64,000 nucleotides of DNA from Thermodesulfobacteriota bacterium. Its GTDB lineage: Bacteria; Desulfobacterota; Desulfobulbia; Desulfobulbales; SURF-16. Under the pieces are notes generated by a model, which saw only the letters and a list, made by a program, of their open reading frames with translations, searched no databases and was not told the origin of the DNA. This document shows, piece by piece, positions 58,092 to 64,000 of this stretch. Within the stretch, counting starts at the first letter, position 1. Each line of letters opens with the position of its first letter. Made by a program: the position numbers and the translations under genes. The stretch spans positions 62,540 to 126,539 of the forward strand of contig JBMONO010000009.1 in NCBI GenBank assembly GCA_049323655.1. The letters are read 5' to 3'.

Positions 58092-58934
58092 TCATGACAG
58101 TTTCCGGTATACGGTTGTCGCTGCCTGGCGGAAGCGATGGTTAACATTCGACAGGCTTTCGGAATGGCCGATAAAGAGATAACCGCCCGGCGCCAGACAG
58201 TGATAAAATTTTTCCACCAGCTCCATCTGGGTTTCCCGGGTAAAATAAATCATCACGTTACGACAGAAAATCACATCCATCTCCCCTTTCCAGGGAAAGG
58301 GATCCATCAGATTGAAGCGCCGGAAGGTCAGGGTGCGGCGCAGCTCATCCTTGACCTTGACAAAGCCGGCGCACTTTCCGACCCCCTTCTGAAAAAATCT
58401 GCGCAGATGCTCCGGCGGCACCTTGTCCACCTTGTCCATGGCATAGATACCTACTTCCGCCATTGCCAGCACCCGGGTGGAAATGTCGGTGGCCAGCAGG
58501 GAAAAACGAAAGGCCGGGTGGGCGGCGGCAAAGGAGGAAAGAACCATGGCCAGAGTGTAAGGCTCTTCCCCGGAAGAACAGGCGGCGGACCAGACCTTCA
58601 TTACTGCCGATGTCTGGCCGCTTTTCAGGAAGCCGGGCAACACCTCGGTCTCGAGAAAATCAAAATGGGCCTTTTCCCGAAAAAAGCTGGTGAAATTGGT
58701 GGAGACGCAGTTGATGAGATGAACAAGTTCGGCGCCGCTTTTGTCCCGCACGACATAATCATAATAGGCGGAAAAGGAGGTGATACCGCAGGCGCGCAGC
58801 CGTTTACCGAGGCGGGCATTAAGCAGCTCCTTTTTTTCCGGCTTGAGAAAGATGCCGGTCTGGGCAAAGACCAGGGCGCTGAACTTTTTGAAGTCATCAT
58901 CGGTGAGCCGACTCTGCTGTATGACAATATCCAT
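58092..58934 (-). CDS. cheR: Chemotaxis methyltransferase CheR
   Basis: TNFTSFFRE, WSAACSSGEEPYTLA, DVIFCRNVMIYF, GHSESL. Confidence 0.97.
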   Translation of the reverse strand: MDIVIQQSRLTDDDFKKFSALVFAQTGIFLKPEKKELLNARLGKRLRACGITSFSAYYDYVVRDKSGAELVHLINCVSTNFTSFFREKAHFDFLETEVLPGFLKSGQTSAVMKVWSAACSSGEEPYTLAMVLSSFAAAHPAFRFSLLATDISTRVLAMAEVGIYAMDKVDKVPPEHLRRFFQKGVGKCAGFVKVKDELRRTLTFRRFNLMDPFPWKGEMDVIFCRNVMIYFTRETQMELVEKFYHCLAPGGYLFIGHSESLSNVNHRFRQAATTVYRKLS

Positions 58935-58964
58935 CCATGCGCCTCGCGGGCCGGCGGCCGTGGG

Positions 58965-59474
58965 TTAGATCGCAGCCAGCCTGGCCCCTGCTTCGCCGAC
59001 CACCTCGTCCACATCGATCAGGATCTTCACTTTGCCCTTGATCTTTGCCATGCCGAGAAAATTTTCCATGTCCATCTCGCCGCCGCCGAACGCGGGCGGC
59101 GGTTCAATCTCGGATTCGGCGATGTTGAGCACCTCGGAAACCGAATCGACAATCATGCCGACCATGATAACTCCGGACTCGCCCTGCACCTCGACGACGA
59201 TGATGCAGGTCCGTTCATTGTATTCCCGGGACTCCATATTGAACTTAAGCCTCAGATCGAGCACCGGAATGACGCTGCCGCGCAGGTTTATCACTCCCTT
59301 GATGTAACGCGGCGTGTGCGGCACGGCGGTGATCTCCATCATGCCGATGATCTCCCGCACCTTGAGAATGCCGATCCCGTACTCCTCCCGGCCCAGATCA
59401 AAGGTCAGATACTTGCCGGCCAGATCCTTGACGGACTGCCTTCCTCCCGCCTGTACGTTTTCACCATATGCCAT
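58965..59474 (-). CDS. cheW: Chemotaxis coupling protein CheW
   Basis: YLTFDLG, VREII, GVINLRG, GMIVDSVSEV; ATG 59474 with GGAGAG RBS. Confidence 0.97.
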   Translation of the reverse strand: MAYGENVQAGGRQSVKDLAGKYLTFDLGREEYGIGILKVREIIGMMEITAVPHTPRYIKGVINLRGSVIPVLDLRLKFNMESREYNERTCIIVVEVQGESGVIMVGMIVDSVSEVLNIAESEIEPPPAFGGGEMDMENFLGMAKIKGKVKILIDVDEVVGEAGARLAAI

Positions 59475-59530
59475 GTGCGTCTCTCCAGTCATAAGACTTT
59501 TTCTTCTCGAACGGCGCACCAATCTGGAGC

Positions 59531-62284
59531 TTATCCACAAACAAGCTCCTCGTCATTCGCTTTGCCGCCGCCCAGTTCATCGGCCAGATTGATCAAGCCG
59601 GCAAGGTCAAGGATGAGGCCGACCCGGCCGTCTCCCAATATGGTGCCCCCGGCCACGCCTCGAACATCCTTCATGTACCCACCGAGACTCTTGATGACCA
59701 CCTCCTGCTTACCGAGCAGTTCATCCACCAGCAAGGCGCGCTGCCGGCCTTCGTTTTCAATGACAACGACAAGGCCCTGGCTGATCTCACGGCAGGCGTC
59801 AGCCACCCCGAACAATCGGTAAAGCCGGATAATCGGCACCAGCGAATCCCGGATGAGCAGACACTCGCCCCGGCCATGCACGGTATTGTAATGCTCCATC
59901 TGCGGGCGCATTGACTCGCGGATGGCAATGGTGGGGATAATATAACGTTCCGGCCCGACCCGGACGACGATGCCGTCGATAATGGCAAGGGTCAGCGGGA
60001 GAAACATGAGAAAGAGCGACCCTTCTCCCGGTGTACTTTGCAGCTCGACCTTGCCGCGCAGCTTCTCCACCCCTTTTTTGACCACATCCATGCCGACCCC
60101 GCGGCCGGAGACATCGGTGATTTTGTCGGCAGTGGAAAAACCGGGGAGAAAGATAAGGTTGTTGATCTCATGATCACTCCGGTCGTCATCCGCATCGATC
60201 AGCCCACGCTCGATGGCCTTTTGCCGGATCTTTGCCGTATTGACACCCTCGCCATCGTCGGCGATTTCGATGACGATGTTGCCGCCCTTCTGATAGGCGC
60301 TGAGTTTGACCGTGCCGGACTCCGGCTTGCCGGCCCGGACCCTTTCCTCCGGCAACTGAACTCCATGGTCAACGGAATTACGGATCATATGGACCAGCGG
60401 ATCATAGATGGAATCGACCATGTTGCGGTCGATTTCCGTTTCCTCGCCCTCCATCACAAGATCCACCTTCTTGCCGGTTTTTTTCGACAGATCACGGACC
60501 AGACGGGTCATTTTCTGGAATGTCTGGCGGATCGGCACCATTCGCATCGACATGGCGGTTTTCTGCAGCTCGGTGGTGATTCGGGTGAGCTGGGCGAAGT
60601 CCTTGTTGAGCTTGGGGTCGGAGATCCCTTCGATGAGCGGATTGTGGCGGACCATGGCCTGCATGATGACAAGTTCGCCCACCGCGTTGACCAGCCCATC
60701 CAGCTTGCTGACATCGACCTTGATGGCGGCCTCGACGTTTTTTTTGCCGCCGGCCCCGGCCGCGGGCATTGCCGTATCGGCGCGCACCGGGGCATCCGGT
60801 GATGCTGGCGCAGGCTCCAGGGACACGGCGGTCGGCATCACCGCGGGAGCAGGGGGCGGCTCCTGCCGTTTTTCCGACCGGCTCCGACCACCCGGCACCG
60901 GCAAAACGGACTCCTCACCGCGCTGACACCGACTGATCCGCTCCAGGAAATCGGTGATGTCATAGCGCTGGTAGAGGGCCGGCCCCTTTTCCAGCACATC
61001 GCTGACATTCTGGATCATGGTGCGGAGATAATCGCCGACGCCGAGGACGATGTCGATGATGTCCGAATTCATGGCCAGCCGATTGTTGCGGACATCGTCA
61101 AGCAAGTTTTCCGTGGCATGGGCCAGCTTGTTGATCGTCGTCAAATTGAGGAATCCGGAGACGCCCTTGATGGTATGGAAAGGCCGGAAGATGTTGTTGA
61201 TGATCTCCGGGTCGGCCGGATTCTGCTCAAGCTCCAGCACGTTAAGCTCGATGGTTTCCAGATGTTCGAAGGCTTCGACGATAAAGCCGCTGATCAGATC
61301 GCTGTCCTTGAGAAAATCGGGAACCTGTCCCTGCTCCAGGGGCGACGGGTGTTCCATCACGGTCTCCTCGCCGGGGCCCTCTTCATCCTTGCCATTCGCC
61401 ATGATCCGGCTGATCAGGGCAATGGCCTGTCTGGCCCCGCCCCCCCCTTCTTCCGTCCCGGCGACACCGTTGCCTTTACGCGCCATGAGCCCGCTGATCA
61501 ACTGCAGATGATCAGCAATATCGGGAACATGATAGGCGACGTTGTTGACCGCGACATCCTGGACATGGCCGATCATGATCTTCAGGGCATCGGCGACCCC
61601 GAGCACCACTTCGATGACATCGCTGTCCATGGCCATTTTTCCGTTCCGCACCTCATGAAGCAGGCTCTCGGTGGCATGGGCGAGACGGCTTATTTCCTCC
61701 AGAGCCAGGCTGCCCGCCGTTCCCTTGATGGTATGAAAGGCCCGGAAAACCGCATGCACCACTTCCTGATCATCCGGATTTCTTTCCAGAGAGAGCACGC
61801 CGTTTTCAATGCTGCCGAGATAATCGGCCGTCTCATCGAGAAAGCAGTCGAGCAACTCCCGCTCCTTGAGAAAGGCTGGCTCGTCATGCCGTCCGCGGAC
61901 CGGAGCGGCCACAGTCTTCTCCAGCAACGCCGGATCAATTTGCAAGCCAATTTGCTGAAGATGAGTGCAGAACTGGCCAAGAAGGGCACGATCACCTCCC
62001 CCTGCTGCCGCCTGCTGCTGCATACGGGCAACACATTCACCCAAATTTCGGTAGCTCTCGGCGCTGTCCGGCAGCTCACCCATGATGATCTGCTGCAGCG
62101 CCTGCTGAAAGGCAAGAACCATCCCTCCCAGCAGGGAAAGGGAAGAGAGATCGGAGCTGGCGCGTAATTTTTCCAGCAGCTCCAGCAGTTCTCCGACGGA
62201 AGAGAGGTCGCCCGGCTCGATCATCATGATCTTCAGCGCCATTTCATCAAGCAGCTCGTTGATACCCTGTTGCTCACCGGTCAT
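59531..62284 (-). CDS. cheA: Chemotaxis histidine kinase CheA with two Hpt domains
   Basis: FRAFHTIKG and FRPFHTIKG; LVHMIRNSVDHG, DDGEG, GFSTA, SGRGVGMDVV, LPLTLAI, CheW-like C-terminus. Confidence 0.95.
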   Translation of the reverse strand: MTGEQQGINELLDEMALKIMMIEPGDLSSVGELLELLEKLRASSDLSSLSLLGGMVLAFQQALQQIIMGELPDSAESYRNLGECVARMQQQAAAGGGDRALLGQFCTHLQQIGLQIDPALLEKTVAAPVRGRHDEPAFLKERELLDCFLDETADYLGSIENGVLSLERNPDDQEVVHAVFRAFHTIKGTAGSLALEEISRLAHATESLLHEVRNGKMAMDSDVIEVVLGVADALKIMIGHVQDVAVNNVAYHVPDIADHLQLISGLMARKGNGVAGTEEGGGGARQAIALISRIMANGKDEEGPGEETVMEHPSPLEQGQVPDFLKDSDLISGFIVEAFEHLETIELNVLELEQNPADPEIINNIFRPFHTIKGVSGFLNLTTINKLAHATENLLDDVRNNRLAMNSDIIDIVLGVGDYLRTMIQNVSDVLEKGPALYQRYDITDFLERISRCQRGEESVLPVPGGRSRSEKRQEPPPAPAVMPTAVSLEPAPASPDAPVRADTAMPAAGAGGKKNVEAAIKVDVSKLDGLVNAVGELVIMQAMVRHNPLIEGISDPKLNKDFAQLTRITTELQKTAMSMRMVPIRQTFQKMTRLVRDLSKKTGKKVDLVMEGEETEIDRNMVDSIYDPLVHMIRNSVDHGVQLPEERVRAGKPESGTVKLSAYQKGGNIVIEIADDGEGVNTAKIRQKAIERGLIDADDDRSDHEINNLIFLPGFSTADKITDVSGRGVGMDVVKKGVEKLRGKVELQSTPGEGSLFLMFLPLTLAIIDGIVVRVGPERYIIPTIAIRESMRPQMEHYNTVHGRGECLLIRDSLVPIIRLYRLFGVADACREISQGLVVVIENEGRQRALLVDELLGKQEVVIKSLGGYMKDVRGVAGGTILGDGRVGLILDLAGLINLADELGGGKANDEELVCG

Positions 62285-62357
62285 GCAAAACCTCGAACCT
62301 GAAAGGGAAGAACGGGATGAGGCAGGGAAAATTCCTTGCTCTCTTTTATATTTGCCC

Positions 62358-62385
62358 AAATCGACATTTTTTTTTCAAGCTTTTA
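62358..62385 (-). promoter_or_regulatory. Putative sigma28 promoter of the che operon
   Basis: TAAA-N16-GTCGATTT; spacer contains an A9 run. Confidence 0.5.
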
Positions 62386-62390
62386 CCAAA

Positions 62391-62414
62391 CAATTGATGG
62401 TTTCGCAAAAAATC
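62391..62414 (+). repeat. Partial third copy of the dispersed intergenic repeat
   Basis: CAATTGATGGTTTCGCAAAAAATC vs CAATTGATGATCTCGCAAAAAGTC (copy 1 plus flank, reverse complement): 21/24. Confidence 0.6.
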
Positions 62415-62459
62415 GCAAACCATGGCAGGCGGGGAAGTGAAAACAACGAGTTACAATGC

Positions 62460-62503
62460 ATTGCCCGTCGGAATCGTCGCTTTTTACGATTCCGACGGGC
62501 AAT
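62460..62503 (-). terminator. Perfect 18-bp inverted repeat right after the stop of the TPR-like gene
   Basis: ATTGCCCGTCGGAATCGT-N8-ACGATTCCGACGGGCAAT; weak U tail. Confidence 0.6.
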
Positions 62504-63999
62504 TACCGTGCAACAGCACTCGATTCTTCACCGAGCAGGCCCGGATCGATCTGACGCAGTTCGTCCTCAATGGCCTGCAGGTTCTGCGTCACCTTATCGA
62601 TGATCTCGGCCCGGGGATATTTTTCCGTGACCTGGCGCAGTAACCGGCGGGATTCGAGAAGCAGTCGGCCTTTCACCGTCGGGTCGTTCTGCCGGCGTGC
62701 CTTGAGAAAAAGGGCCGCTGCCTCTTTACGAACTTCCGTGGCCGCCTGGGTTGACACCTCGACTATTCGCGCCTCGGCCCGGTCACGCCAGGAGGGCTCC
62801 ATACCAAGTTCTTCGAACAGGGCAAGGGCCTCGGCAAACTGCATATGGTCGACCATGGCCTCTGCCTCCTGCCACCTGCTTTCCAGCTCCTCCTCAAGCC
62901 CTGTTGTCGGCGGGACGATTACCTCTCCCATCGGTGCCGGCTCGCCGGGCACCACCGCCTCTTCCGCCGGCGCGACCGTCGCCGGCAACGCTATGCCGGC
63001 CACCAGTGAACGGGCGGCCTCGGTATAAACTGAAGCAGGAAATTCTTCCTCCAGTTGCCGTACGCTGTCCAGCACCGCCTCCGGCGGATTGCCGGCCTCA
63101 TGAGTGAGCCGTCCATAGAGGGCCTGCCGGAAGAGATCAAGCTCCCTGCCATGCGCATCGTGACCATCAAGAAGAGAGAGCATCTGGCCAATATTGCCCT
63201 CCTCCCGTTTCAGCGCGGTAAAGAAGCGGGCAACGTGCTGATATTCACGCCGAGCCGCCGAATAATCGCCCAGGGCAAAGAAAATCTCTGCAGCCTGCAG
63301 GCGCAGAGGCCAGCCCTCCATCGCGTTAGCCGCGCCGGCCACCTCCAGCAGAACATCTGCGGCCTCGGCCAGCCGACCTGCATCCTTTAAGGCCTGACCA
63401 TAGATGCGTCGGACCTCGATACCGGCAGCCATCTCGGGATTGGCGGTCCGCAGGTTTTCATAGGCGCTGATCACCCCGGCCGGATCGCCCTGCTGTTGCC
63501 GGTAACGGAGAACATCCCCGCCCTGACGTGCCACAATATCACGATACTTTTCGAGCTGTCCCGGCAAGGCGGCGGCGGCCACGGAAAAAACGGACTCGCA
63601 TTGCGTTTCGGCAAAGGTAATATCCTGCCGCAACACGGCAAAAGGGGCGGCTGGATTGTCGGTTGCCAGGGGGGCATCCTCTTCCAGCATAACGGCAAGC
63701 TGTTCATAGCCCTTGGCAACCGCTGTCAGCAATTCATAGCACTGATCCCATTTCGCCTGATCCGGCAAGGGATAATCGTACATGGCAAAGCTGCCGGCCA
63801 GTTCTCGCCACTGTTCCATCCGCGTTCGATAGGTATCGTGCCTGGTCGCGACAAAGGCCGCATCCGGCAGGAGATCGCCGAGGCGAAGGAGTGGAGCCGG
63901 GGGAGGAGGCGGGGCGGGGGCAACGGGGCCGGGCGCCGGCTGAACAGCTTGCGGAGCCGGCGCCGGATGGCTCTCCTCGTAAGGAGGCACCTTTTTTTT
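62503..63999 (-). CDS. TPR-like helical hypothetical protein with Pro-rich linker; 5' end probably beyond right edge
   Basis: Frame is open upstream of GTG 63990 to the window edge; TPR-like helices (AAEIFFALGDYSAARREY; VTEKYP). Confidence 0.7.
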   Translation of the reverse strand, partial: KKKVPPYEESHPAPAPQAVQPAPGPVAPAPPPPPAPLLRLGDLLPDAAFVATRHDTYRTRMEQWRELAGSFAMYDYPLPDQAKWDQCYELLTAVAKGYEQLAVMLEEDAPLATDNPAAPFAVLRQDITFAETQCESVFSVAAAALPGQLEKYRDIVARQGGDVLRYRQQQGDPAGVISAYENLRTANPEMAAGIEVRRIYGQALKDAGRLAEAADVLLEVAGAANAMEGWPLRLQAAEIFFALGDYSAARREYQHVARFFTALKREEGNIGQMLSLLDGHDAHGRELDLFRQALYGRLTHEAGNPPEAVLDSVRQLEEEFPASVYTEAARSLVAGIALPATVAPAEEAVVPGEPAPMGEVIVPPTTGLEEELESRWQEAEAMVDHMQFAEALALFEELGMEPSWRDRAEARIVEVSTQAATEVRKEAAALFLKARRQNDPTVKGRLLLESRRLLRQVTEKYPRAEIIDKVTQNLQAIEDELRQIDPGLLGEESSAVAR

Positions 64000-64000
64000 C

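Overview
64 kb of GC-rich bacterial chromosome, most likely a sulfur-cycling Desulfobacterota (inferred from a dissimilatory-type sat and deltaproteobacterial-style flagellar/chemotaxis genes). Left to right: (1) a TopA (type IA topoisomerase) paralog running off the left edge, missing from the ORF track, whose catalytic Tyr appears replaced by Asn, divergent from a winged-helix + 8x14-aa acidic repeat + FGE-sulfatase-fold gene; (2) aroB, a DUF2582-like wHTH gene and sat; (3) minus-strand fliC-fliD-fliS-(fliT-like)-flaG with sigma28 promoters, where the 807-aa flagellin carries a ~320-aa Ser/Thr-rich hexapeptide-repeat insert; (4) a ~37 kb plus-strand glycosylation/tailoring island divergent from fliC: SPINDLY-clade GT41-methyltransferase fusion, wHTH regulator, NeuB-TIM fusion, NusG paralog, NeuA-like, six more glycosyltransferases, four cobalamin-dependent radical SAM enzymes, three stand-alone methyltransferases, two sulfotransferase-like proteins, deacetylase, nucleotidyltransferase, alkaline-phosphatase-family protein, AsnB, a polytopic membrane protein, DUF1919, Maf, gmd and a short flavoprotein; (5) a frameshifted tatC and housekeeping genes; (6) cheA(two Hpt)-cheW-cheR-cheD-HDOD-cheB. 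No rRNA, tRNA, CRISPR, transposase or integrase was recognised. All calls come from reading motifs by eye; no database searches were run, so novelty is unverified.
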